Below, one piece after another: positions 1-9,477 of a stretch of DNA of 64,000 bases (position 1 is its first letter; each line of letters opens with the position of its first letter). The DNA is taken from contig CAWFQB010000001.1 in the NCBI GenBank assembly GCA_963817895.1, positions 480,001 to 544,000 on the forward strand. The letters run 5' to 3'. The notes under the pieces were generated by a model. That model was not told the DNA's origin, ran no database searches, and saw only the letters and a program-made list of their open reading frames with translations. The translations under genes and the position numbers were made by a program. The stretch is from an uncultured Chthonomonadaceae bacterium. Its GTDB lineage: Bacteria > Armatimonadota > Chthonomonadetes > Chthonomonadales > Chthonomonadaceae.

Positions 1-240
1 TTGAACGCGCCGGCTTCGGATGTGGATACCAGCTACCTTGCCGACAATGTTCTGCTGTTGCGCCATATTGAGGTGAATGGCGAAGTGAAGCAGGCTATCG
101 GCGTGGTGAAGAAGCGGTCCGGCAATCACGACCGCGCCCTGCGGGAACTTCGTATTGACGACACAGGTATTCATGTAGGCGATCCTCTCCGGCAACTTAC
201 AGGGGATCGTAACGGGCATTCCCCGCTTGCTCAGCTTTGA
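1..240 (+). CDS. KaiC-like/RAD55 RecA-superfamily ATPase, C-terminal part (5' truncated by window)
   Basis: SYLADNVLLLRH..EVKQAIGVVKKRSGNHDRALRELRI matches the C-terminus of KaiC-like ATPases; followed by a kinase, as is usual for this family. Confidence 0.8.
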   Translation: MNAPASDVDTSYLADNVLLLRHIEVNGEVKQAIGVVKKRSGNHDRALRELRIDDTGIHVGDPLRQLTGDRNGHSPLAQL

Positions 241-336
241 GGGAGAGGCCTCCTGACCGCGTCAGAATGCGCGGCTTGGCCCCGACAGCGCGCTTTCGAC
301 GCAGAAACAACCGGTAGTATAGACGGGAACAACATT

Positions 337-1443
337 TTGCCTGACGACAAGGCCACAGACAGGGCTGCAAACAGCGAATGTGTTTTGATTCACGCCCCGT
401 TGGGACGCGACGCGCTTCTGGCCGCCCACGCGCTTCTGGAAATCGGAGTTTCGTCTCAGGTGTGCGAGACGACAACGGCCCTTCGCGCGTCCCTACAGCC
501 GGAAACAACCGCCCTGCTGCTGACCATAGACGGGTTGCAGGCATCGGATTTGGAGCGCATCGGAACCTATCTTCACGCGCAGCCGCCCTGGTCGGATTTG
601 CCGGTGATTTTGCTGGCGAATACCGAGGCTTCCGCGTTACTTGAGGAAGTAATGCCGCTGCTTGGCAATGTCACCCTGTTGCAGCGCCCCCTGCGGCGTT
701 CGTCCCTGCTTTCCGCCGTGCAATCCGCCCTGCGCGCCCGCCGCCGCCAGTACCAGGTGCGCGACCTGCTGGCGGAAACGGAGCGCGCGCGAATGGAAGC
801 CGAGCGGCAGCAGAAGCGCATCGAGACGCTGAACGAGCAATTGAAACGCGCCATGACGGAAACGCATCACCGCGTGAAAAACAATCTACAGGTGATTGCC
901 GCAATGGTGGATATGCAGGTGATGGAGCAGACAAGCATGCTGCCCGTAAGCGAGTTCCGCCGCCTGGGTTCGCATATTCACATGCTGGCCGCTGTTCACG
1001 ACCTGCTCACCTCCCAGGCGAAAGAGGATGGATTGGCGCACTACGTCTCGTCGGAAGATGTCATGCACAAATTGTTGCCGCTGATGCAGCAGTTGTCCGG
1101 CAGGCCGCTGGCGAAGGTAACGGTTGTGGACGTGCCGCTTACCGCCAAGCAGGGGACCTCCCTGGCGCTGGTCATGAACGAGCTGGTCAGCAACGCCTAC
1201 AAGCATGGCAACGGACATGTCGAAGTCAGTTTTACTACCCTTGGGCCGGAAGCGATTCTGGAAGTTTGCGATGACGGTCCGGGCTTCGCGCCCGATTTCA
1301 ATCCCCTGAAAGCCGCGCACACGGGGCTGGAACTGGTGGAAAGCTTGAGCCGCTGGGACCTGTTCGGGCATACCCGCTATCAGACGCGGGAAACCGGCGG
1401 CGGGCAAGTCAGCGTCACTATGCCGCTTGCCCCTGCCGCGTGA
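337..1443 (+). CDS. Sensor histidine kinase (HisKA_2-type) with degenerate N-terminal receiver-like domain
   Basis: H-box ETHHRVKNNLQ, N-box NELVSNAYKH, G1 DDGPG, HTGL; N-terminal QPPWSDLPVILL segment. Confidence 0.85.
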   Translation: MPDDKATDRAANSECVLIHAPLGRDALLAAHALLEIGVSSQVCETTTALRASLQPETTALLLTIDGLQASDLERIGTYLHAQPPWSDLPVILLANTEASALLEEVMPLLGNVTLLQRPLRRSSLLSAVQSALRARRRQYQVRDLLAETERARMEAERQQKRIETLNEQLKRAMTETHHRVKNNLQVIAAMVDMQVMEQTSMLPVSEFRRLGSHIHMLAAVHDLLTSQAKEDGLAHYVSSEDVMHKLLPLMQQLSGRPLAKVTVVDVPLTAKQGTSLALVMNELVSNAYKHGNGHVEVSFTTLGPEAILEVCDDGPGFAPDFNPLKAAHTGLELVESLSRWDLFGHTRYQTRETGGGQVSVTMPLAPAA

Positions 1444-1482
1444 TGTACTATCCTGAAACCAATCCCGTTCAAATAAGCGCTT

Positions 1483-1570
1483 GTAGGGACACAACTTGTT
1501 GTGTCCTGCTTCGATAGTTGTGTCCTGCTTCGGTAAAGGAGTACACGGACACAACAAGTTGTGTCCCTAC
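1483..1570. repeat. GTAG-type REP doublet (REPIN-like)
   Basis: GTAGGGACACAACTTGTTGTGTCC ... GGACACAACAAGTTGTGTCCCTAC in inverted orientation, each arm internally palindromic. Confidence 0.75.
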
Positions 1571-1576
1571 GTTATT

Positions 1577-1603
1577 GCGCCCGCAAATGCAATGCGCGGG
1601 CGC
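1577..1603. terminator. Hairpin between convergent genes, possible bidirectional terminator
   Basis: GCGCCCGC...GCGGGCGC stem flanked by TTATT. Confidence 0.45.
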
Positions 1604-1623
1604 TTATTGAATAATGTAGCGCT

Positions 1624-2472
1624 TCAAAGCGCGTCTTTGGGTTTGTTTTGCCGCTCGTTGTAGAGGGCAATGGCGTCGTCGAGGAACCGGCTTCCCGCGT
1701 CGTTCATGTCGGGAACCAGAGCGGCAAGCGGCTGTTCGGTTTCGGGAAGCGCATTGTGGCTGTCCCAGAACTGCTTTAAGCCCGCTACCACATCCGGGTC
1801 GCCCTGCGTAAATTGGAACAGCAGTTCGCTCTTCAGGCGGGCAAGCGCCTGCCCCTCTTCCCCGCTGGGGTCGGCTTCATCCGCCGCGAGTTTCTGCGAC
1901 TCGGAGGCCAGATACGCCCATTGTTCGTTAGCCCGTTCCTGATCCGCTTCTGTCCACGCTTCCCGTTGTTCCATTTTCGCGCGGGCTTCCGGCGTGTAGG
2001 AATCCTGCGTCAGTTCCTCAATTTTTTGCAGTTGCGCGTCGTTGAAATACTTTTGAACCCACTCTTTTGTTTGTTCCATTTGGATAGCCTCGATGACCCC
2101 GACGATGGCTTCCCGCTCGCAATAACCGGCCTGTGACAGCGCCTCGACACGCGCGATGGCTTTCAGGATGGCGTCTAGCTGCCGCCGCTTATCCCGAAGC
2201 ATGGCTTTTTGCCGCGCCAGTGTGGTTTCCAAGTGCTGCGGTTCCCGGCTGAGACACTGCCTTATCTCTTCCAGCGAAAACCCCAGATATTTGAGCGCGA
2301 GGATGTGCTGTAGCGTGAGCAGGTCTGCCTCCGCGTACAGCCTGTATCCCGCTTCCGTATGTTGCGCGGGCGACAGCAGCCCGACAGCATCGTAGTAACG
2401 GAGTGTACGCAGGGACACGCGGGCCTTGCGGGCGAATGTGCCGATTGAGTATAAATGTTTCGTCAGGGTCAT
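1624..2472 (-). CDS. MerR-family transcriptional regulator (Mta/TipA-like C-terminal domain)
   Basis: YSIGTFARKARVSLRTLRYYDAVGLL..GYRLY HTH; C-terminal ADPSGEEGQALA..FTQGDP; ATG 2472 preceded by GAAAGGA. Confidence 0.9.
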   Translation of the reverse strand: MTLTKHLYSIGTFARKARVSLRTLRYYDAVGLLSPAQHTEAGYRLYAEADLLTLQHILALKYLGFSLEEIRQCLSREPQHLETTLARQKAMLRDKRRQLDAILKAIARVEALSQAGYCEREAIVGVIEAIQMEQTKEWVQKYFNDAQLQKIEELTQDSYTPEARAKMEQREAWTEADQERANEQWAYLASESQKLAADEADPSGEEGQALARLKSELLFQFTQGDPDVVAGLKQFWDSHNALPETEQPLAALVPDMNDAGSRFLDDAIALYNERQNKPKDAL

Positions 2473-2489
2473 GTTTCCTTTCACGCAAC

Positions 2490-2520
2490 AGTGTACAGCG
2501 TGACGTAACGTAAAGGTCAA
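2490..2520 (-). promoter_or_regulatory. MerR-type promoter/operator with 19-bp spacer
   Basis: Minus strand TTGACC-tttacgttacgtcacgctg(19 nt)-TACACT with central ACGTtACGT dyad, directly upstream of the MerR gene. Confidence 0.8.
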
Positions 2521-2745
2521 GGGCAAAATAAAAATATTTTTCGTAAAGGCGGAAAAGAGAAAAACAACCTTTCCTGTTTGCTGTTCGCGCTATGAGCAAC
2601 GATAAAGATACGCCGTTGGCGCATCGCTGTTTGATTTTTGTAGAAAGGGTTGGGGCAAGGTAAACAAGCCTGCAACTTTACCCGGTCTTTACCTGTCAAG
2701 GCATAACCTGACTTTGAAGACTCTGAAGACCGACAAGGAGGAACC

Positions 2746-4992
2746 ATGTCTCCCATCCGTTCGGCGGACTCGACCGCCGCAGAGGAACCCCCGGAACGCC
2801 CGCCTGCTGCGCCCAATATGGGCGTTGCCCCGGAACTGAACTTGCCCGCGTTGATTCAATTGGAGGGCGATTACGCTGAAGATGGTCGTTATGGTCGGCG
2901 CGTTTTTGAAGTAACCGCCGATTACGCGCGGGTTCTGGAAGCGAACGGCGCGACCTCGTTCCAGATGCCAATAGCAGATATAAAATCCGCCCGCAACGAG
3001 CCGATGGTTGGCGGTGGGCAACTGGAAGTCACCACCAAAACCAACGAAATCGTACCCGTTCTCGCGTACTCGCTTACGCTTGCCGCCAAATTTTCCGAAG
3101 CGGCGCGTGGTTTGGAACAGCTTGCCAAAGGCGAAGCGCTGTGCATCAATCTCAAGCAGGAACGCCTGCGCTGCGAAAAGTGTAACCGCCTGCTGCCGGA
3201 AAAAGACGGCATCTGCCCCGCCTGCGTCAACCGGCGCAAAACCCTGCTGCGCATCGCGGGCTTTCTCGGCCCGTACCGGCTTCACGCGGCGGGGCTTGTC
3301 GGGCTGGCTCTGCTGACGACCGTTATCAACCTGCTGCCGCCGATTATTCAGGGCAGTATCATTGACAACGTGCTGACCACGCATAAAAATATCAACAAAT
3401 TGGGCGGTCTGATGGGCGCGTGGCTGGCAATCGTGGTTGTCGCTACGTTTGTGCAAATCGCGACCGGACGCCTGACGGCCATTCTGAGCGGCAGCATCGC
3501 CGCCGACCTTCGCGCGGGCGTGTATCGCGCCATCGAGCAGTTGCAGGTCAGCTATTTCGACAAAAAGCAGGTGGGGGCAATTACCAGCCGGGTTACGCAG
3601 GACACGGATCGCGTGTGGAATTTTCTCGTGGACGGCCTGCCCTATCTGGTTTCCAATGCCCTGCTGCTTGTGGGCGTCGGAACCTTGCTGTTTGTGACAA
3701 ACTGGAAACTGGCGCTGTATGTGCTGTCGCCCATGCCACTCGTTCTCCTGCTCAGTGGCGTGTTCTGGAAACCGATTTCGCAAAAGTATTTCCGCGTGGG
3801 CCAGAAGTGGGCGCGGTTTCACATGCACCTCAACGAGTCGCTGACGGGGATTCGGGTTGTCAAGGCATTCGCCAAAGAAGACCACGAGTACGACAAGTTC
3901 ACGCGGCACAATCGGGAACTGCGCGACGCGGGCGTCGAGGCGGACGTGAAATGGTTCACCATATTCAGCGCGATGATCCTGTTCACCAGCCTGGGCGCGT
4001 TAATCCACTGGACAGTGGGCGGCTATATGGTGTATAAAGGCGAACTGACGCTGGGCAGTTTTATCCGCATCAACGCCTTTATCGGCATGATTTATATGCC
4101 CCTGCAATGGTTCGGGCAATTGAATCAGTGGTTCAGCAAGGCGATGGCGGGCGCGGAGCGCATTTTCGAGATCATAGACGCGGAAAAAGAGCAGTACGCG
4201 AAGGAAAACGGCAAGCCTCACGCGATTGTGGGCGAAGTGCAGTTCGATAACGTCCGCTTCGGTTACGACAAGTCCAACCCGATTTTGAAGGGGCTGAACT
4301 TTACCGCGCAGCCGGGGGAGATGATCGGGCTTGTCGGCAAATCCGGCGCGGGCAAATCCACGACCATCAACCTGCTGTGCCGCTTTTACGAGCCGGACGC
4401 GGGCAGCATCAAGATTGATGGCATTGACTACCGCGACATTACGCTTCAGGATATGCGGCATCAGATCGGCATCGTGTTGCAGGAACCGTTTCTGTTCAAC
4501 GGCTCGGTCGCGGAAAACATATCCTACGGCAAGCCCGACGCGGCTTTTGAAGAGATTGTTGCTGCGGCCAAAGCCGCCAACGCGCACAACTTCATACTCG
4601 GCAAACCGGACGGCTACGACACGATGGTAGGCGAGAAGGGCGGCAAATTGTCGGGCGGCGAGCGGCAGCGCGTGTCCATTGCCCGCGCCATTCTGCACAA
4701 CCCGCGCATCCTCATCCTGGACGAAGCGACATCAAGCGTGGACGTGGAAACCGAAAAGCAGATACAGGAGGCCATCAGCCGCCTGATTGCCGGACGCACC
4801 ACGTTTGCGATTGCGCACCGCCTTTCTACCCTGCGCAACGCCAGCCGCCTTGTCGTGCTGGAAAAGGGCGAAATCGTGGAAATGGGAACCCATGCCGAAC
4901 TGATGGAAAAGAAAGGCGAGTTCTATAAACTGGTCGAAACGCAATCGCAGGTGACGCAGATATTGGGTGAAGTGGGCGAAGAAGCAAAATAA
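2746..4992 (+). CDS. ABC exporter, fused permease and ATPase, with N-terminal extension carrying CxxC...CxxC
   Basis: Walker A GKSGAGKST, LSGGERQR, ILDEATS, TM domain; CEKC..CPAC before TM1; RBS AAGGAGG. Confidence 0.92.
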   Translation: MSPIRSADSTAAEEPPERPPAAPNMGVAPELNLPALIQLEGDYAEDGRYGRRVFEVTADYARVLEANGATSFQMPIADIKSARNEPMVGGGQLEVTTKTNEIVPVLAYSLTLAAKFSEAARGLEQLAKGEALCINLKQERLRCEKCNRLLPEKDGICPACVNRRKTLLRIAGFLGPYRLHAAGLVGLALLTTVINLLPPIIQGSIIDNVLTTHKNINKLGGLMGAWLAIVVVATFVQIATGRLTAILSGSIAADLRAGVYRAIEQLQVSYFDKKQVGAITSRVTQDTDRVWNFLVDGLPYLVSNALLLVGVGTLLFVTNWKLALYVLSPMPLVLLLSGVFWKPISQKYFRVGQKWARFHMHLNESLTGIRVVKAFAKEDHEYDKFTRHNRELRDAGVEADVKWFTIFSAMILFTSLGALIHWTVGGYMVYKGELTLGSFIRINAFIGMIYMPLQWFGQLNQWFSKAMAGAERIFEIIDAEKEQYAKENGKPHAIVGEVQFDNVRFGYDKSNPILKGLNFTAQPGEMIGLVGKSGAGKSTTINLLCRFYEPDAGSIKIDGIDYRDITLQDMRHQIGIVLQEPFLFNGSVAENISYGKPDAAFEEIVAAAKAANAHNFILGKPDGYDTMVGEKGGKLSGGERQRVSIARAILHNPRILILDEATSSVDVETEKQIQEAISRLIAGRTTFAIAHRLSTLRNASRLVVLEKGEIVEMGTHAELMEKKGEFYKLVETQSQVTQILGEVGEEAK

Positions 4993-5004
4993 TGACACGG
5001 ATTT

Positions 5005-5135
5005 AACCACAGAGACACAGAGACACAGAGGGGTCACAGAGAAAAACGAGAGAGGAGAATATAAGGGTGTGTTTCGCGGTTCTTCCCTCAGTATTCCTCT
5101 GTGAAACCTCTGTGTCTCTGTGTCTCTGTGGTGAA
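5005..5135. repeat. Inverted repeat element with (CACAGAGA)n arms
   Basis: ACCACAGAGACACAGAGACACAGAGG ... CCTCTGTGTCTCTGTGTCTCTGTGGT; same family at 26302-26460 and at the window end. Confidence 0.85.
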
Positions 5136-5156
5136 AGTTCTTTTAAGGAGGGCATC

Positions 5157-6327
5157 ATGGAGATACGCGAACTCAGAGCGGACGAGCAGGAGACTGCAAC
5201 TTACATCGGGCGGCAGGCGTTTGCGCATGGCAGCCGGGGTGGAACGGGTTGGCATGCCGACCCGAACTGCCCAACGCTTACCTCGCTCGGCGTTTTCGAT
5301 GAGGCGGGAATGCAGGCGCGATTGAACATCATCCACTACCGCGTTCATCTTGGCGCGAATGTGGTTATGCCGATGGGCGGGATCGGGGGCGTGGCGTGTC
5401 TGCCGGCAAGTCGGGGCAAGGGGTATACGGGCAAACTGCTGCAAGCCGCGCTGGCTCAGATGCGCGACCTGCAAATGCCGCTTTCGTCCCTGTTTCCGTT
5501 CAGTTGGGAGTTCTACAGGCGCTATGGCTGGGAGTGGGTCGGCTGGACGCGGCAGTACAACATCCCCACGCGCCTGTTCAAGCCGAGTCCGCATACGGAG
5601 CATGTTCGCGCCGCGACGGAAGCGGATCGTCCCAAAATCGAAGCGTGTTACACCGCGTATGCCAGACGATTTCGGGGCATGCTGGCGCGTGACGAGAAAA
5701 AGTGGAACGACAAACTCAAAGACCAGGATGATAAGTACACGTACACGTATGTGTTTGAGAACAACGGCGGCGTGGAGGGCTATATTTCCTATGGCGGCGG
5801 CACGGGTCAGGAAACATATCTGAGTGAGTTCATTGCCCTGACGCCCGACGCGCGGCTTGCCCTGCTCGGCCTGCTACGCCGCCACGACATGCAGACGGAA
5901 AAGTTCGTCTGGCGCCGCGCCCAGCAATGACCCGCTGTTCCATCAGCTATGCCACGATGACATTAACATCAAACTGTTTCCGACCACGCAGGGGCGCGTG
6001 ATAGATGTTGCCGCCGCTTTCGCCGCATGGAAACCCAACCCGGACCTGCGCGGCAGTGTCCGCCTGTCCGTAACCGATGAATACGCGGATTGGAATCAGG
6101 GCATCTGGCACATCGAATATGAGAACGGCCAGACGGACATTCGCAAAACCGACAGGGAACCGCAAGTCACCCTGTCCATACAAGCCCTGTCGCAAGCCTA
6201 CTACGGGACGCCTACCCTGGATGAAATCCGCGAAGCGGGACAAGTACAGGTACACGAGGAAACTGGCTACGACGCCCTGCGCGACCTGCTTTCCGGCCCG
6301 CCGATGTGGACTTGTGACAGCTTCTAG
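5157..6327 (+). CDS. Eis-like GNAT acetyltransferase with SCP2-like C-terminus; one frameshift near 5916
   Basis: GGIGGVACLPASRGKG, FYRRYGWE; removing one C in tggcgccgcgccc joins FVWR to APSNDPL..GRVIDVAAAF..PMWTCDSF. Confidence 0.85.
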
Positions 6328-6377
6328 TCTTTTCGCCTGTAAACCTACAGCCGGACTGATATAAAATTAACAAACTG

Positions 6378-8453
6378 TCAGATGTAAATTTTGTAGGTTT
6401 GCAGGTGCTGGAGGGGGCCGTAGAGCGCCCACAGGGAACCTACAATATAATCTCCTAAGATCAGGCCGAGGAAAAACGGAATGGCGGCGTTGTACATTTT
6501 CATGCCGCCGAAGCGCACCAGTATGGATTTTAACGCCCACGCCACGAAGAAGCAGAACCAGAAATAGTCCATTGCGAACGACACGGACAGCGCGTACCCG
6601 GCAGGATGGAACGGCCACCAGAGGAAATTGCTTCTCATGCCGCGCAGGAAAATCACCAAAAGGAATCCGCCCGCGATGTAAAACAGCTGCGTGGCGTTCA
6701 CTTTGGCGGGCGTACTCAGCCAGTCGTGCAGGCGGTCGTAGCTTTCCGCGCCCACCCACTGCTTGAAGCCCGCCGCTTTTGCCGTCGCGCCTTCCGTAAA
6801 CGTGACGTGCAGGTTGGCCCAGTACGCGCAAACGGTTCCCCAGAGCAGCGCGATTACCAGCACTTTCAGAATGGAACTCTGCCGGATACGGGCCGTTTCG
6901 CCCATCTTCATAGCTTCCAGTTCGTTGGGCATGGGATGGCAGCGATAGCCCCGGTTGAACCAGTACATCGTGGAAAGCGCGGTCAGACTCTGCGCCCCAA
7001 TCGCCTGACTGCCAAATAGCGTTACCAGTATCAGGCGCGGATTGACAAAATAAATCTCATGCGGCGTTCCCAATTCCGCCCGTACCCGCGTAAGCGTGAG
7101 AGCCAGCAAAAAGTACAGCCCGAAAAACAAAACCGCCACCCAGGGCGTCAGCCCGATCTTCCAGCTATACCCCGCCAGAATCACAATCCCCACGCCAACG
7201 CCGATGAACGCGCCGCGATACTGGCTTACAGAGGTGGTGGATTGTGGATTGTGGATTGTGGATTGAGTCTCCTCTTCTCCTCTTCTCCTTTTCTCCTTTT
7301 CTTCCCTTCCCCATGCGATGCGCCACGCCTGCCGGAACTGCTTGCGCAACGCCCACACAATCGTCAGCCCCCAGGCGATCCACGCGCCGCTGGCCTGCTG
7401 CTCGAAGTAGGGGAAGCCCTGGCTGCCGGGACCGTCCAGACCACTGGCCGCGCCGAATACCTGAAACAGTTTGCGGGCGACGAAGAAGAACCAGCAGGAG
7501 AAGGATAAATCCAGCGGGACAAAAAACGCAAGGCCGATGGCGAAGGGGTACAGTGACATATTGGTGACGCCAATCGCGCTCCACGGGCGGGCGGTCACGA
7601 ACTGACCGAGGTTGTACTGCTTGACGATTTCGAGATAGGGCAGGGAGGGATAGAGGGAGTGTAGGCCGTTGATGCTGTCCACAAGGGCGGCAAGGGCAAA
7701 CCCGGTCCACATCATTCGGCTTGAAAACAAACCTGCGCCGGTCGCGGTCTTGCCGCTGTTGTCGTCCGTCATGGCGAGCGGAAGCTGCACGATGGGGAAA
7801 GCCAGCCGCTCGTTGTCGCTCCACTGGCTGCGGATAAGAATGTTCAGGCACAGACACACGCCAATCAGAGTGCCGATGAAGACCGTCCACCAGGCGAGCG
7901 GCTGCACGAACGGCCCCCAGTAGCGCGGATCGTAGGGGTTGGCGTTGCCTAAATAGTAGGCTTTCAGAGCTTCCGGGTCGCGCACAATCCAGAACGAGGG
8001 CAAAAACGCGAAAAACAGATCGCCCCATTTGTTCTCTTTGGTGGCGAAGCGATCCGCGTGTCCAATCGCGCCGAACAGGTTCTGGAACATATCGTGTCCC
8101 GCCAGCAGGGTTCCGATGACCAGAATGATGTAAATGGTGAGCAGTTCCGGCTGCGAAAAGCACAGTCGGGGCGCGACGCGGGGCAGAAAGCGGCGTATTC
8201 CCAAATTCAGCAGGCACAGCCAGAATAAAAAGAAAATGGGCGTAATGAACAGGGGCAGACTGGTTCCGTCGAGGGTATACCAGCGCACTTCCACGACCGT
8301 AATCCAGAACGTGTTGGGTACGGTCAGCAGCAGGCCGAGCAACACCGCGCGCAGCGAAACGTTGCGCAACTCCTGCGCAGACGAGGGCAAAACGGCATCA
8401 TTAGCGATGGCGGCGGATGTTGCGCCGCGCAGGAGGGGCTTCGTTGGTTCCAT
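6378..8453 (-). CDS. Polytopic membrane protein, DUF6785/DUF6784-like putative transporter
   Basis: Many TM helices; QWSDNERLAFPIVQLP, WWPFHPAGY, PFFLGLILGD motifs. Confidence 0.75.
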   Translation of the reverse strand: MEPTKPLLRGATSAAIANDAVLPSSAQELRNVSLRAVLLGLLLTVPNTFWITVVEVRWYTLDGTSLPLFITPIFFLFWLCLLNLGIRRFLPRVAPRLCFSQPELLTIYIILVIGTLLAGHDMFQNLFGAIGHADRFATKENKWGDLFFAFLPSFWIVRDPEALKAYYLGNANPYDPRYWGPFVQPLAWWTVFIGTLIGVCLCLNILIRSQWSDNERLAFPIVQLPLAMTDDNSGKTATGAGLFSSRMMWTGFALAALVDSINGLHSLYPSLPYLEIVKQYNLGQFVTARPWSAIGVTNMSLYPFAIGLAFFVPLDLSFSCWFFFVARKLFQVFGAASGLDGPGSQGFPYFEQQASGAWIAWGLTIVWALRKQFRQAWRIAWGREEKEKRRRGEEETQSTIHNPQSTTSVSQYRGAFIGVGVGIVILAGYSWKIGLTPWVAVLFFGLYFLLALTLTRVRAELGTPHEIYFVNPRLILVTLFGSQAIGAQSLTALSTMYWFNRGYRCHPMPNELEAMKMGETARIRQSSILKVLVIALLWGTVCAYWANLHVTFTEGATAKAAGFKQWVGAESYDRLHDWLSTPAKVNATQLFYIAGGFLLVIFLRGMRSNFLWWPFHPAGYALSVSFAMDYFWFCFFVAWALKSILVRFGGMKMYNAAIPFFLGLILGDYIVGSLWALYGPLQHLQTYKIYI

Positions 8454-8611
8454 GCGCTAATCATAGCAAATTCCGCCGTTCAACGCAAGGGGGAATTTCA
8501 ACGATGCGGGTGTTGAGGTATTCGGATATTCAGGTGTTTAGGTGTTGAGACTTCGCATTTCATGTTTTATTCGCGTGTATTCGCGTTGATTTGCGGCTAA
8601 CCTCTCCTGCA

Positions 8612-9175
8612 TTATGCGGGCCGTTTCAGGCTTTCCAGATACTTGAACACGTTTTCCGCTTCCTTGCCGCCCATTTTGGCGTGGGCGAGGAGCGGAATAC
8701 CGTGCGGGCCTTTGGCGTCAACCAGCGTGGGATGCGCCGTCAGCAGGAGTTTCACGACCTCCAGATGGCCGAGCATCGTGGCGGTGAACAGGTCAGGACG
8801 CGCGCCTTTTTCGATTAAGAACAGAGCAATGTCGCGCCGTCCCATGTGCGACGCGCCGCCAATCCCCGCTTCCCAATCCCCCCCGCCCCAATCCACAGTG
8901 GCATTGAGTACGGCAGGCTCTTTTTCCAGCAACTTTTTCACCATATCCAGGTCGTAGTGCGCGAAAATCACGAAATCCTGAACCAGCGTGCTGCCCAATC
9001 GCGGCTTGCGCAGTTTCGGCTTGAACGTGGGCGCGGGATAGTCGCGCGTCTCTTCCGGCGTTGGTGCCGGTGGCGTCGCGGGTACGGGCGTTTGCGCGTT
9101 GGCGATGGCTTCCGGGGCCAAAACTCCGGCAATCAGCGCGGCGTGAAACGCGCGGCGCGACATTCGTTCCTGCAT
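8612..9175 (-). CDS. Tat-exported ankyrin-repeat protein
   Basis: SRRAFH signal; DWEAGIGGASHMGRRDIALFLIEKGAR and ATMLGHLEVVKLLL ankyrin-like repeats. Confidence 0.75.
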   Translation of the reverse strand: MQERMSRRAFHAALIAGVLAPEAIANAQTPVPATPPAPTPEETRDYPAPTFKPKLRKPRLGSTLVQDFVIFAHYDLDMVKKLLEKEPAVLNATVDWGGGDWEAGIGGASHMGRRDIALFLIEKGARPDLFTATMLGHLEVVKLLLTAHPTLVDAKGPHGIPLLAHAKMGGKEAENVFKYLESLKRPA

Positions 9176-9377
9176 AATGGTTTCCTTTCCAGTCTTCTTT
9201 CCACAATCTGCCTGCCATAAGAAAAGTACAGGAGAAAAATACCTGTGATCTACATTCTACACCTATATGCGACATACGCGCAAGCGCTTTCGATGCAGTC
9301 TATCCCTGCCAACCGATGCAGATGATACCAACGTTTTACATTTTGAAGTTCTTTGTCATGTTGCTTTAAAGACGGGC

Positions 9378-9406
9378 TTGACCGAATTCAACGATGAAAG
9401 TATAAT
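9378..9406 (+). promoter_or_regulatory. sigma70-type promoter
   Basis: TTGACC-17 nt-TATAAT upstream of the J-domain/WD40 gene. Confidence 0.65.
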
Positions 9407-9477
9407 GGCCCTGCGCGAGTCACGGATGCGCAAATCACGAATAGAGATGAATACAGTCTGAATAGTTGAGGAAGAAT

